Shown here: positions 1 to 9,281 of the stretch, one piece after another
How positions within the stretch are numbered: position 1 is the stretch's first letter
Layout of the letters: each line of letters starts with the position of its first letter
Assembly (NCBI GenBank): GCA_963834385.1
Contig: CAWIBO010000005.1
Location: 320,001 to 384,000 of the forward strand
DNA from: an uncultured Verrucomicrobiae bacterium
GTDB taxonomy: Bacteria; Verrucomicrobiota; Verrucomicrobiia; Chthoniobacterales; UBA10450
Direction: 5' to 3'
DNA length: 64,000 bases
Notes under the pieces: model-generated
Databases searched by the model: none
Told to the model about the DNA's origin: nothing
Seen by the model: only the letters and a program-made list of their open reading frames with translations
Translations under genes and position numbers: made by a program

Positions 1-922
1 CCCGGGCGGAAGCGGAGTCCGTGCTCATGATGTTCACGGTGACGCCTTCAGGAATCTCCGCAGCCAGGAGAATGGAACCGTCGGGATTCACCGCCAGGGG
101 AACACGCAGCTTGTAGCCGTCGCCGGTATCGATGCCGAGGATGTTGTGGAGAAAGAAAGGCATCGGATCGGCACGGTCGAACTTTTGCCCCGTCGCCTCC
201 GCATACTCCTGGTAAACCTCGAGGATCGGTGTGGCGTTCAGACTGGTGAGGACGGCGCCGTTAGCTTCCGTGACCCGCATCGGACTGGAGGCAGGCGACC
301 AGCCGTGGCGAACGCCGATGCCAATCGGGCGCTCGGATATGATCTCGAGCGCGACGGCGGCATCATGGGCCACCTCCGTCCCGAGGAACACCTGGGTATG
401 TTTGAAGTTCGCGTCGTCGCCGGCGCCGCCGCCAAAGAACTGGTGGCTGCCGCCGGTGGTGAGCGTGAGTTCCTCAATCAACTCGTCAGCATGCCCGGCG
501 AGCGCGTCGGTCAGAATAAGGGCGGCGCAATATTCGTTCGATGACTGCTGGCCGCATCGGAAGTTGCGCACCATGTCTGCGGCGGCCGTTTTCCGGCTTT
601 TGCCGATGCCGCGCCCGATGCCGGCGGCAAATTGGAGGCTGGAAGAGCGGAAGGCGACGGCGCAAGCCTTGCCCTCTCCCTGGGTCTGGTCGGTGAACTC
701 ACCCGCAGAGGAGCACCCGACAATCAGGGTGACGCCGCTCGTTTGCATGACGCCCTGCACCAGCTCGCCCGCTTCGTAGCGCGGGGAGACAAAGAGGATG
801 ACAGCGTCCGCGACTTCACCCCCGAGTCCCGACTTGATCTGCCGCCCGAGATCTTCGCCGGCCGAACGACTCGCGGCCGCTTCCGTGTAGACGACAATGC
901 TTCGCGTGCCTTGCATTTGCAT
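1..922 (-). CDS. FIST N/C-domain signal-transduction protein (3' end runs off window; absent from ORF track)
   Basis: Manual translation of the minus strand from ATG at 922: MQMQGTRSIVVYTE...LIVGCSSAGEF...ILTDALAG...FFGGGAGDDANF...GIGVRHGWSP...RVTEANG. GCSxAGE, GGxAGD and HGWxP are FIST-family motifs; frame open to the window edge. Confidence 0.85.
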   Translation of the reverse strand, partial: MQMQGTRSIVVYTEAAASRSAGEDLGRQIKSGLGGEVADAVILFVSPRYEAGELVQGVMQTSGVTLIVGCSSAGEFTDQTQGEGKACAVAFRSSSLQFAAGIGRGIGKSRKTAAADMVRNFRCGQQSSNEYCAALILTDALAGHADELIEELTLTTGGSHQFFGGGAGDDANFKHTQVFLGTEVAHDAAVALEIISERPIGIGVRHGWSPASSPMRVTEANGAVLTSLNATPILEVYQEYAEATGQKFDRADPMPFFLHNILGIDTGDGYKLRVPLAVNPDGSILLAAEIPEGVTVNIMSTDSASAR

Positions 923-1037
923 GGGCTGAGTGTCGCCGCGGTTCCCCTGTGTTCAACCGATATCATCCGGGCCACGGGACGCGCTGCGGAACCTGGCGAC
1001 AGTTGACACGTTTGGGCTCTCGCGCAGATGATCAGGC

Positions 1038-1355
1038 ATGAACAAGCGGTTTTGCATTCTTCTCGGCGTAATGGTGTTTCTGCTTAATGGCGGGGTGGCA
1101 TGGGCCGCGGAACACGAGTTTCGTTACAAGGCACCGGAGGCGACGAGCGTCGAGCTGATGTGCGAGCACAACGGCTGGAAAGCGGTGTCGATGACCAAGG
1201 GCGACGACGGGGTCTGGACGGTGAAAGTGGATCTCCCCGAGGGGACCCACGCCTACAAGTTCCTGGTCAACGGCAAGGACTGGGTTTTTGACCCGGACAA
1301 TTCGGCGAAAAAGACGGTGGACGGAAACGAGAACTCGGCGGTCGAGATCAAATAG
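1038..1355 (+). CDS. Secreted glycogen-binding (CBM48/AMPK-CBM-like) domain protein
   Basis: Signal peptide ending AWA; F-Y-APEA-SVEL..NGW..M-K..DGVW...LPEG.HAYKFLVNGKDWVFDP.N...DGNENS matches the CBM48/E-set domain. Confidence 0.85.
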   Translation: MNKRFCILLGVMVFLLNGGVAWAAEHEFRYKAPEATSVELMCEHNGWKAVSMTKGDDGVWTVKVDLPEGTHAYKFLVNGKDWVFDPDNSAKKTVDGNENSAVEIK

Positions 1356-1382
1356 AGGCCGGGCGCGGGCCTTGCCTCCTGG

Positions 1383-2645
1383 CTATTCTTCCGCCGGCCC
1401 GGACGCGGGTGGCCCCGAGGCAGGTTTGTTCTCGTCCAGGAACGCCCGGGCGATATCGGCCGAGAGATGGAGCAGGGCGCCGGAACCGCCCGTAAGAGCG
1501 TTGCCGCAGACCGCGACGACGATCTCTTTCTCGGGCGCGACCATGAGCATGCATTCGGAGCCGAGCGCGGTGCCGCCGTGATGAATGATGGGAGTGGTGG
1601 TGGCGGCTCCCTTGGGTATGCCCATGGTGCCCTGCCGCCAGCCCAGGGCGTAGTGCTGGGAATTCAGCTCGCCGTTCGGCAGCTTGCGCGGCGTCGTCAT
1701 TTCCGTGAGGGCCGCAGCCGAGAGAACTCCGCCGGCCCAGGTTCGGCCGGCAAACTGCACGAGGTCGCGCGGGGTCGAGGCGAGACCGCCCCCGGCCCAT
1801 TTGTAACTCGAATCACTTGCCGGGGCCGGCATGACTCCGGCCCCACGAAAGCCGAGAAAGCTTTCTGCCAGGCGCGCCGGTGGCGGCGATTTTCGGTTCA
1901 GCCCGGTGGCCTCCAGCTCGAGGGGAACAAAAAGGAGGCGCGCCATGAGCGACGAAAAATCCTCCTTGGTGGCGGCCTCCATCACCCGGCTGGCAAGGGA
2001 ATAGCCAAAGGTGGAGTAGTTGAACGAGGTGTCCGGCTGAAAAAGGAGCGGATCATCCAGGAAAACCGAGAGACCTTCCTCCACCGTGGGGAAAGGCTTG
2101 TTCAAGCCGTTCTCGCTGAAGAAAGGCGGGATCCAGGCGCGCCGGTAATGGCGCACACCGGCCTGGTGCGAGAGAAGCTGGCGCATGGTGACTTTCCCAT
2201 ATTCAGCCGGCAGGTCGGGCAGCCAGGTGGAAATCGGCGCGTCGAGCGTAAGCACGCCCTGCTCAACGAGGATCATGGCCGCGGTGGCCGTCAGCGCCTT
2301 GGAGACACTCCCGATCGGGTATTGCGTGTCGACCGTGGCGGCGACCGGATCGTTGATGGCGGCCCAGCCGATTGATTCCTGCCAGAGCAGCTCGTTTCTG
2401 CGCGCGATTGCGACCGAGAGGGAGGGATAGGAAACGTCGCGCCGCAATGTTTCGACGAAGCCGCGGGAGGCCGCGATCGCGTTCGTGTGCGCGGCCGAAG
2501 CGGTGCCGGTGTCGCGGGGCGGGGGATTTGCGCCCTCCGGAAGCGGCTGGATGGCGGAGACCAGCCATCCGACGAGTCCGAGGACGAGAAGGACGATGAA
2601 CGCAAGGAGGGAGAGGAAAGGGTGGCGTCGGAGAATGCTTTTCAT
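1383..2645 (-). CDS. Serine hydrolase, beta-lactamase class C/PBP-like family
   Basis: SxxK (GSVSK), LLSHQAG, YSTFGY, HHGGT motifs; N-terminal TM anchor. Confidence 0.9.
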   Translation of the reverse strand: MKSILRRHPFLSLLAFIVLLVLGLVGWLVSAIQPLPEGANPPPRDTGTASAAHTNAIAASRGFVETLRRDVSYPSLSVAIARRNELLWQESIGWAAINDPVAATVDTQYPIGSVSKALTATAAMILVEQGVLTLDAPISTWLPDLPAEYGKVTMRQLLSHQAGVRHYRRAWIPPFFSENGLNKPFPTVEEGLSVFLDDPLLFQPDTSFNYSTFGYSLASRVMEAATKEDFSSLMARLLFVPLELEATGLNRKSPPPARLAESFLGFRGAGVMPAPASDSSYKWAGGGLASTPRDLVQFAGRTWAGGVLSAAALTEMTTPRKLPNGELNSQHYALGWRQGTMGIPKGAATTTPIIHHGGTALGSECMLMVAPEKEIVVAVCGNALTGGSGALLHLSADIARAFLDENKPASGPPASGPAEE

Positions 2646-2783
2646 TGAGGGACGCGAGTGAACCGAAGGGGGAGGCAGTTAGCAAGAGAATGAAATGCCT
2701 GACTAACGGCCGGCGGTGCGGGACTGGCAGGGCGATGGCGTGGTGACCCGCCGTGCATGGGTCTTTGTCCTCCAAAATTCAGC

Positions 2784-2818
2784 AGGCCGCCCGGGCACTG
2801 GGACCTGGGCGGCCTTTT
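2784..2818. terminator. GC-rich hairpin, likely intrinsic terminator
   Basis: AGGCCGCCCGGG...CCTGGGCGGCCT followed by TTT, immediately downstream of the 2837..3328 gene. Confidence 0.5.
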
Positions 2819-2836
2819 CCTGAACTTGAGACGGCC

Positions 2837-3328
2837 TTATTTAGGCAGCGGATCGGACGCGAAGTTGGCGTGAACCAGCGTCCACTTGTTATCCTTCTTC
2901 ACGTAGATGCGGGTTGATTTCGCACGGTTCGGCGTGGTCTTGCCGTCCTTGTCGATGGTCATGCCCGCGTAGTTGTAGGTCAGGATGGCAGTATCGCCAT
3001 TGTAGACCTGCACTTTCGGATTGAGCATCTCGGCGGCGATGCCTTTGCCGGCGTCTTTCGCGGCCCCCTCGGCCAGACGCGAATTAAGGGCCTTGCCGTC
3101 CACGCGGGTGGCGAAGTCGCCGTTGAATTCCGTGTAGTCTTCCGACATGTCCTTGGACTGCTCGGCGACATTGGCCGGGTCTTTCATTGCCGCGGCCCAC
3201 TGGGCCTTGGCCATGGCAATGACGGCGTCAGCGATGGCCTGGTCTCCCTGCGCTTGCGCGGAAGAGTTGGTAGGCCACGCGCTGCAGCAGAGCGACGTGA
3301 TGGTGATGAGAACGAGTTTTTTGATCAT
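2837..3328 (-). CDS. Secreted NTF2-like (DUF4440/SnoaL-like) protein
   Basis: Signal peptide MIKKLVLITIT...AQA; PKVQVYNGDTAILTY...STRIYVKKDNKWTLVHANF is an NTF2-fold pattern. Confidence 0.8.
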   Translation of the reverse strand: MIKKLVLITITSLCCSAWPTNSSAQAQGDQAIADAVIAMAKAQWAAAMKDPANVAEQSKDMSEDYTEFNGDFATRVDGKALNSRLAEGAAKDAGKGIAAEMLNPKVQVYNGDTAILTYNYAGMTIDKDGKTTPNRAKSTRIYVKKDNKWTLVHANFASDPLPK

Positions 3329-3525
3329 CGATTTTTCTTTCCGGGGTATGCCCCCTTGGCGGCGGGACCAGGCCGATATTTTCTGCAGCAGTCGACAAGG
3401 TCCTAAACTATTGCCGCTGAACCGGTAACAATACCGGATGCTCGCTTGGAAAAGCGTTGAGTCCGGTATGAGACCGAAAGAAGGATGAGTCAATACAATT
3501 GCCCGGAACGGTTCTTTCTCCTCTA

Positions 3526-4194
3526 ATGAGCGGCGTGCTACCGGCGGTGATCGAGAAACAACGGCGGGCGTCGCCCTGTGTGACGCCGCAGGCGCTGGCC
3601 TGGGACGGGCAGGGGATGCTCCTCAGTTCGCGCGACCTCGGCACGCTTTACCGGATCGATTGCCAGCAATGGAAGGTGGTGGAAGAGATCGATCCACCGG
3701 GGGTGGTCTGGGCCGCGGTGCTGACCAACGACGGCTGGCGGCTGACGCTGGGCAAGGGGTTGAACGATGACCGGTATGTTTATCGTTACACGCGGGAGGA
3801 AGGTTTTCGGCGGCTCTTTGCCTGCCCGGAATTTACCGGCTCCTACCTGAGTTGTGACGGCGAGAACCTGCATCTCAGCCAATGGTATAAAGGCGAGATT
3901 CATCGCATGGATGGCGGGGCAATTTCCTCCACCATCCCGGTCGAAGCCGAAATCTGCGGGCATGCCTTTGTCGACGGTGCGCTTTACGTCCTGCGCGGAA
4001 AGGAAAACAAGGAGGTCCCGGGGGCCGCGGAAGAATGGCGCCTCGCCCGGGTTGATCTTGATGGAGCGTCGGTCCGGGTGACGGACCTCGCCACGATCCC
4101 ATTTGCTGCGCGCTCTCTCACCCACGACGGCGCCTTGTTCTGGTCGAACCACCGGGCGGCGAACGAGGTGGTCGGGTTTTCCCTGCCGGATTGA
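3526..4194 (+). CDS. Hypothetical protein, probable small beta-propeller
   Basis: Repeated blade-like motifs: PQALAWDG, YLSCDGENLHLS, RSLTHDGALFWS. Confidence 0.6.
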   Translation: MSGVLPAVIEKQRRASPCVTPQALAWDGQGMLLSSRDLGTLYRIDCQQWKVVEEIDPPGVVWAAVLTNDGWRLTLGKGLNDDRYVYRYTREEGFRRLFACPEFTGSYLSCDGENLHLSQWYKGEIHRMDGGAISSTIPVEAEICGHAFVDGALYVLRGKENKEVPGAAEEWRLARVDLDGASVRVTDLATIPFAARSLTHDGALFWSNHRAANEVVGFSLPD

Positions 4195-4272
4195 TGTTCC
4201 GGAGGCTGCGCGCACCCAAAGTCGATCGGTTGCGGCCCCCTGGTTTCCGCCTGATGATCGTCGCCTGAAAAG

Positions 4273-4833
4273 ATGAAATTCTTTGCCATCGGGACGGCCT
4301 GGCTGGCGGGCGCCATCATGTTTGGCGCTTCCGGGGCGCTGGGGGCGATGCCCCCGCCGGTGCCGCAACTGATTATCCTGGCCCTGACGGCGGGACTGGT
4401 CCTGGCGGCAAAGCTGAAGGGCGATTTCGCGGTCTGGTTGCGCGAGGTCGACCTGCGCCTGGTGATTGGCCTGCACCTGAGCCGGTTCGTCGGTTTTTAT
4501 TTTCTCCATCTCTATGGGCAGGGAGAGCTTCCCTACGCCTTTGCCGTGCCGGGCGGTTGGGGCGACATCGTGGTGGCCGTGCTGGCGTCGGGCATTCTGC
4601 TTGGCTGGTCTTATTTTGCGCGTCACCGGGGCTGGTTGCGACTCTGGAACGTGGTCGGCCTGGTCGATATCCTGGCGGTGGTCATCACGGCCGGCCGCTG
4701 CGCCACGGCCGACCCCGGGTCGATGGCGGCGCTGCTGCGGCTACCGCTCAGCCTCTTGCCCACTTTCCTCGTCCCATTGATTGTGGCGAGCCATCTTCTT
4801 GTCTTCCAGCGGCTGCGCGCGGCTCGCCTTTAG
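4273..4833 (+). CDS. Hypothetical integral membrane protein
   Basis: About 6 hydrophobic segments; LHLSRFVG, FAVPGGWGDI, WNVVGLVDI, PLSLLPTFLVP motifs. Confidence 0.75.
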   Translation: MKFFAIGTAWLAGAIMFGASGALGAMPPPVPQLIILALTAGLVLAAKLKGDFAVWLREVDLRLVIGLHLSRFVGFYFLHLYGQGELPYAFAVPGGWGDIVVAVLASGILLGWSYFARHRGWLRLWNVVGLVDILAVVITAGRCATADPGSMAALLRLPLSLLPTFLVPLIVASHLLVFQRLRAARL

Positions 4834-5864
4834 TTCAAGGCAAGGCGACGGCGTCTCACGCTGCGCCGGGTGCGCCCAGGCCCAATAGGCTCGAGCAAGC
4901 CGCGTTCGCTTAGGCGGGTGACGGCGCGTTGAATCATCCCGTAACCGAAGTGGCCCTGCGGCACCGTGATCAGTTCCGAACCGGCCCAGGCTTCGCGCAG
5001 CGCCTCGAGGTCGTGCAGCCGAACCACGCGGTCGTAAACGCCCCCGACGATGATGGTGCGGCCGGTGATGTCGGCGCCCGGCGGCGTGTGCAAAGGCGAA
5101 GAAAGGTGGGCGTGCCGGTCGAGCAACGCGCGTTCGAGCCGGGCCCGGGCGAGATGATGCCGGAGCGTCCAGCTGGTGGGACCTTCATAAAGGGCATGGC
5201 CCGGGTTCACCATCGGCGCGAGCAGGGCCAGGAACCGCAGATCGGGTTCGAGACAGCCAAGAAGAGAGCCGACCCAGCCGCCGTAGCTGGTGCCGAGAAG
5301 GCCGATCCCGGCCGACCCGCGCATCCGCAACCAGGCCATGAGCTGACGTGCTTCCACCACGGCCTGCCGCACCGTGTCGCCCGTGAGGACCAGATCCGCC
5401 GTGCAGCAAAGTTCGCCATTGAGATGGCCGCGCGGCCGGCGCGAATAATGGAACGGCAGATGGAGAAACGCGGCATTCCAGCCGAGCGCGTTGAAGCGGC
5501 GCGCCCAGCGCACATAGCCGGTGTCGGAGACCGACATGAGCGCATGCAGCATGAGAACAGTGGGAGCCTCCGGGCGGACCTCAAAGAGGTGGGCGCGGGC
5601 ACGTCCGTTGACGGGAAATTCACCGAGGGAGAGCGCCGGGCTCTGCCAGGTGATGACGCCGGGCGCCTCCTCCCGGAGATCGTCCATCGCCGGAGGCAGG
5701 GCGAAATGCCGCGGGCGATCCTCGGCTTCGCAGGCCGAGAGATAACGGTCAACCGCCTCGAGGGAGGAGACCCGCCCGGCGTGTCGCCGGTGGACAAGGG
5801 CAAGCGTGCCGCAAAGAAGGTGATCGACCAGCACGCCGAAACTGCGGTTGAGCATCGCCCTCAT
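4830..5864 (-). CDS. Alpha/beta hydrolase (ABHD18-like)
   Basis: Nucleophile elbow GTSYGG, LHLPFHYSRRP, GVYDRVV, QGH; start overlaps the upstream acyltransferase stop (ATGA). Confidence 0.8.
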   Translation of the reverse strand: MRAMLNRSFGVLVDHLLCGTLALVHRRHAGRVSSLEAVDRYLSACEAEDRPRHFALPPAMDDLREEAPGVITWQSPALSLGEFPVNGRARAHLFEVRPEAPTVLMLHALMSVSDTGYVRWARRFNALGWNAAFLHLPFHYSRRPRGHLNGELCCTADLVLTGDTVRQAVVEARQLMAWLRMRGSAGIGLLGTSYGGWVGSLLGCLEPDLRFLALLAPMVNPGHALYEGPTSWTLRHHLARARLERALLDRHAHLSSPLHTPPGADITGRTIIVGGVYDRVVRLHDLEALREAWAGSELITVPQGHFGYGMIQRAVTRLSERGLLEPIGPGRTRRSVRRRRLALN

Positions 5865-6562
5865 GATTCGGTTGCGCGGGATGGTTGTCCGCGCCGCTCC
5901 TGCGGCGTGAGCGGCCAATCGTCCGGTTGCAGCGCGAAATGGCGGCCGGCGGTCGCGGCCAGTTCGCGCAGGACCATGGCCAGCCGCTCGTCGGCCTCGT
6001 CGCTGTCGAGCTCGGCCACCGAGAACGGGGCGCCGATGGCAACCCAAACCGGGACGCGCGGCGGACCGGGGAGCCAACTGCGGGTGGCGTAGAGCCGGTC
6101 CGAGCCGAGGACAAGACAGGGCAGGAGGGGAACGCCGGCGAGACGGGCGAGCGCGGTGGCGCCGCGGCGGGGTGGGGCGCCGCCAAGGATGGAAGTGGCG
6201 CCGGCGCGAATGCCGCCCTCGGGAAAAACGCCGACCAAACGTCCGGCCTGGAGGCGGGCCACCCCATCGCGGAGAGAGCGGCGATCAGGGCGGGAACGAT
6301 CTACCGGGAAGGTATCGACCGCGCGGAGCCAGGACCCGATGACCGGAATGGAGTAAAACTCCGACGTCGTCATCCAATCGATCCGGCGTTGCAGCACGGG
6401 CGTGAGAAAGAAGGGATCGAAGTGCGAGATGTGGTTGGAAACGAGGACAGCGCCGCCGGCAGGCTCAACCGCGCCCGGTGTTTTCCAGACCTGCAGCCGG
6501 ACGAACGGTTTCAGCATCCAATGCCCCGCCTGTCCCGAGATGCGATAGGCCAGTGCGCTCAC
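5861..6562 (-). CDS. Lysophospholipid / 1-acyl-sn-glycerol-3-phosphate acyltransferase (PlsC family)
   Basis: NHISHFD (HxxxxD), FPVDR and VFPEGG motifs. Confidence 0.9.
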   Translation of the reverse strand: MSALAYRISGQAGHWMLKPFVRLQVWKTPGAVEPAGGAVLVSNHISHFDPFFLTPVLQRRIDWMTTSEFYSIPVIGSWLRAVDTFPVDRSRPDRRSLRDGVARLQAGRLVGVFPEGGIRAGATSILGGAPPRRGATALARLAGVPLLPCLVLGSDRLYATRSWLPGPPRVPVWVAIGAPFSVAELDSDEADERLAMVLRELAATAGRHFALQPDDWPLTPQERRGQPSRATES

Positions 6563-6624
6563 CGTCCGTTCCTAGCGGAACCGGGGAGGGCAGCACAGAA
6601 AAATTCCGGCGCGCGCGAAAGGGG

Positions 6625-6948
6625 TCAGCGGGCGGCCGACATGCTGTAGCCGTTGCGTGCGCCGTCCTTGGACCTGCGCGCCGACGGTGCTGAAAGCGGG
6701 AAACGAAGCGCGGTGGATTCGGGGAGAAACTGGTGGGTTCGCAGGTGGCGATTGGAGATGAACCAGATCTGGTCTTCGTCGTTGGAAAGAATGAAGAAAG
6801 CCTCGCCGCTCTCGGAGAGTGAGAAGGCCCCGAGGACAAGGTAAGCCGTGTCCGGGGAGAACCCATGCTCGAGCGGCCGGGGGGCCGGGGCAGGCGGTCC
6901 CTCCATCTCCTCGATGGTGACGTAAAGACCGGGATTAATCGAGATCAC
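6625..6948 (-). CDS. Hypothetical protein
   Basis: Protein-like composition (YLVLGAFSLSESGEAFFILSNDEDQIWFISNRHLR); same strand as neighbours. Confidence 0.65.
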   Translation of the reverse strand: MISINPGLYVTIEEMEGPPAPAPRPLEHGFSPDTAYLVLGAFSLSESGEAFFILSNDEDQIWFISNRHLRTHQFLPESTALRFPLSAPSARRSKDGARNGYSMSAAR

Positions 6949-7007
6949 ATAAGGTAAACGCTTCCTCCTGCGGTGGCGGATGCACTGCGTTACCCGGTTG
7001 AGTGAGG

Positions 7008-7940
7008 TTATCTTGGGTCGGACGAGGAAGGGTCCGCCGCGCCGGCTTTCTCCGCGGGAATGATGAAGTCGCGGACCACGGCCATGTGCTGCATTTGTTC
7101 GGCGCCGCTGTCGTCGCGCTGGACCGGCGGCACCTCGGCCAGCGCCGGGAAGGTGCGGCTGTCGAAGACGAGGCCGCCCGGGAAACGGGCGGAGCCGAGC
7201 ACCACCGGCGTTTTGTACGGCTCGAGGTCGGCATCGGCCAGAATCCAGTCATAGGGATGGTTCCGTTTCGCGTTGGTCCCTTCGATCCCGCGTTCGTCCA
7301 CGGGGAACGGCGGGGCCACGACCAGCACGGCGGCAAGCGCCCGGACGCAGCTCTCGAGACGCGAGGTGGTGTTGAAATCGCCGCCCAAGACCAGAAAATC
7401 GCGCTCGGGCACATGCTGGCGAATGAAGCGGAGCAGGGCGTCCGCCTCATCCGCGCGGCGGCCCGGTTTCCGGGCCAGGAAATGGACCGAGATCACCCAA
7501 AGATCGCGGTCGCCGGGGAGGTCAAGACGCGCCCAGGCAAAATCGCGGTTGGTTACTTCCGGGTCGTCCCATTCGCCCGAGGCGAGGATCGGCCAGCGAC
7601 TGACAATGCCGTTCGGGATCTCGCCTTCCTCGCGGTAGACAAAAAACTCCGGACCGAAAACGGCGCGCACCCAGCCTTTCAGGGCGGCATCACTCTTGTC
7701 GCCGATGTTCATTTCCTGGATGAGCGCGACGTCCGGTCGCAACGCCTGGAGAATCCGGCTGCCATGGCCGGGATCGTAGGATTGATAACGTCCGCTGGTC
7801 AGGTTGCCGGTGACGATGCGAAGGCGGGTGCCGGCTTCCCCGGCCGGGGCCGGTATGGGCCAAAACGCGAGGCCGAGCAGGAGAAGCGCGGCGACGCGAC
7901 GAAGAAGAGCCGGCCGGCGGCGGCGCGAGTGAACTGGCAC
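7008..7940 (-). CDS. Secreted endonuclease/exonuclease/phosphatase (EEP) family protein
   Basis: IVTGNL, PDVALIQE, NGIVSRWP, VISVHF, GGDFN, YDWIL, QHMAV catalytic motifs; signal-like N-terminus. Confidence 0.85.
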   Translation of the reverse strand: MPVHSRRRRPALLRRVAALLLLGLAFWPIPAPAGEAGTRLRIVTGNLTSGRYQSYDPGHGSRILQALRPDVALIQEMNIGDKSDAALKGWVRAVFGPEFFVYREEGEIPNGIVSRWPILASGEWDDPEVTNRDFAWARLDLPGDRDLWVISVHFLARKPGRRADEADALLRFIRQHVPERDFLVLGGDFNTTSRLESCVRALAAVLVVAPPFPVDERGIEGTNAKRNHPYDWILADADLEPYKTPVVLGSARFPGGLVFDSRTFPALAEVPPVQRDDSGAEQMQHMAVVRDFIIPAEKAGAADPSSSDPR

Positions 7941-7946
7941 GGGGGT

Positions 7947-8438
7947 TCACGCCGAAGTCTCCTCGAACTCGCCGCGCTCGCGGTTTTTTCGGCAACGATC
8001 CCACGGGAAACATTTGCCGTTCATCGCGATATAAACGCCCGGGGGCAGGGCTTGCACAAACGAGAGCGCGCTCCCGAGATTGAACATCCCATCCGAGCTG
8101 CCAAAGGCGTAAGGGATCATGGCGCCGGTCAGGACCACGGTCTTGTCGCGGACCACGCGGGCCACCGCGGCGGCGGTCTCGACCATGGTGTCGGTGCCAT
8201 GCGTGATCACCACCTGGTTCTCTTCCGCCTGCGCGCAATTCTGCGCGATGAGGGCGCGATCGGCCTCGGACATCTCGAGGCTGTCCACGAGCATGACCGT
8301 GCGAATGTTCACCTCCACCCGGCAACGGCCCAGCTTCAGCATGTCGGCCACGTTTGAGTCCTTGAAATGGAGGCGGCCGGTGAGCTCGTCGTAATCCTTA
8401 TCGAAGGTGCCGCCGGTAACGAGAATGCGAATGGCCAT
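7947..8438 (-). CDS. Short L-asparaginase N-domain protein
   Basis: ILVTGGTFDK, DSLEM, VITHGTDTM, VLTGAMIP, SDGMFNL motifs. Confidence 0.9.
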   Translation of the reverse strand: MAIRILVTGGTFDKDYDELTGRLHFKDSNVADMLKLGRCRVEVNIRTVMLVDSLEMSEADRALIAQNCAQAEENQVVITHGTDTMVETAAAVARVVRDKTVVLTGAMIPYAFGSSDGMFNLGSALSFVQALPPGVYIAMNGKCFPWDRCRKNRERGEFEETSA

Positions 8439-8541
8439 GGCCACAGGAAAGCCGACCCGTGAAACGCTGCAAAGCTGAAATGACATCGGCGCGGAGCCCG
8501 GGCCTTGCAACTCCTGCGCGCCGGCGTGATCCTGCCGGGCG

Positions 8542-9260
8542 TTGAAAAGACTGACTTTCCTGGTTCTGCTGGCGTTCGCGTGTGAAAGCGCGCGCGCCAC
8601 GGGCGATGCGGACGCGGCGGCGCGCGCGAGTCTGGCGCGGATAGAGGCGCTGCTGAAGGAAAGACCGGGGGATGGCCTGCTCAAATATTATCAGGCATTG
8701 GCCCATCTTCGGTTGGGCGAGCGCAAAGCGGCTTACGAGCTGCTGCGGGGCCTGGCCGACCGGAAACTCGGGCTTGTGCCGGTGCGTGAGTTCGGTTTTG
8801 CGAGCGTCTGGCAAGACCCGGAATTTCAAAAAATTCGCGACGAACTCGTCCGGAATGAACCCCGGACGCCGCCGTCGCCGGTGGCTTTTCGTCTGACCGA
8901 TCCAAAACTGATTCCCGAGGGAATCGCCTACGACGCGACCGGCGACCGATTTTTCATCGGCAGCACTGCCCAGCGAACAATCATCGTGACCGATGGCCGG
9001 GGGCGGCCCCGGGATTTTTCCGGGCCGGAAGATGGACTGGAGGCGGTGCTCGGGCTGACAATCGATCCAGCGCGAGGACATCTGTATGCGGTCAGCACGA
9101 ACGGATTTTTTGAGCGCGCAAAGACGGAGCGACGCAATGAAGTGGTGCGTTATGACCTGAAGAGCGGACGGGTGGTCGACCGGTTCTCCGCGCCCGAGGC
9201 GCGGCAACTGAACGATCTGGTGGTGGCGGCGGACGGCACCCTCCTCGCGTGACCGATTCC
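8542..9260 (+). pseudogene. SMP-30/gluconolactonase-like beta-propeller protein with TPR-like N-terminus, apparently truncated
   Basis: Signal peptide; PEGIAYD, LGLTIDP, LNDLVVAADGT blades. The expected continuation (V)TDS lies in another frame at ~9249 and then runs into the DMT gene, so only about half a propeller is present. Confidence 0.55.
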
Positions 9261-9281
9261 ATGGCCTCCTTTTGCGCAACC

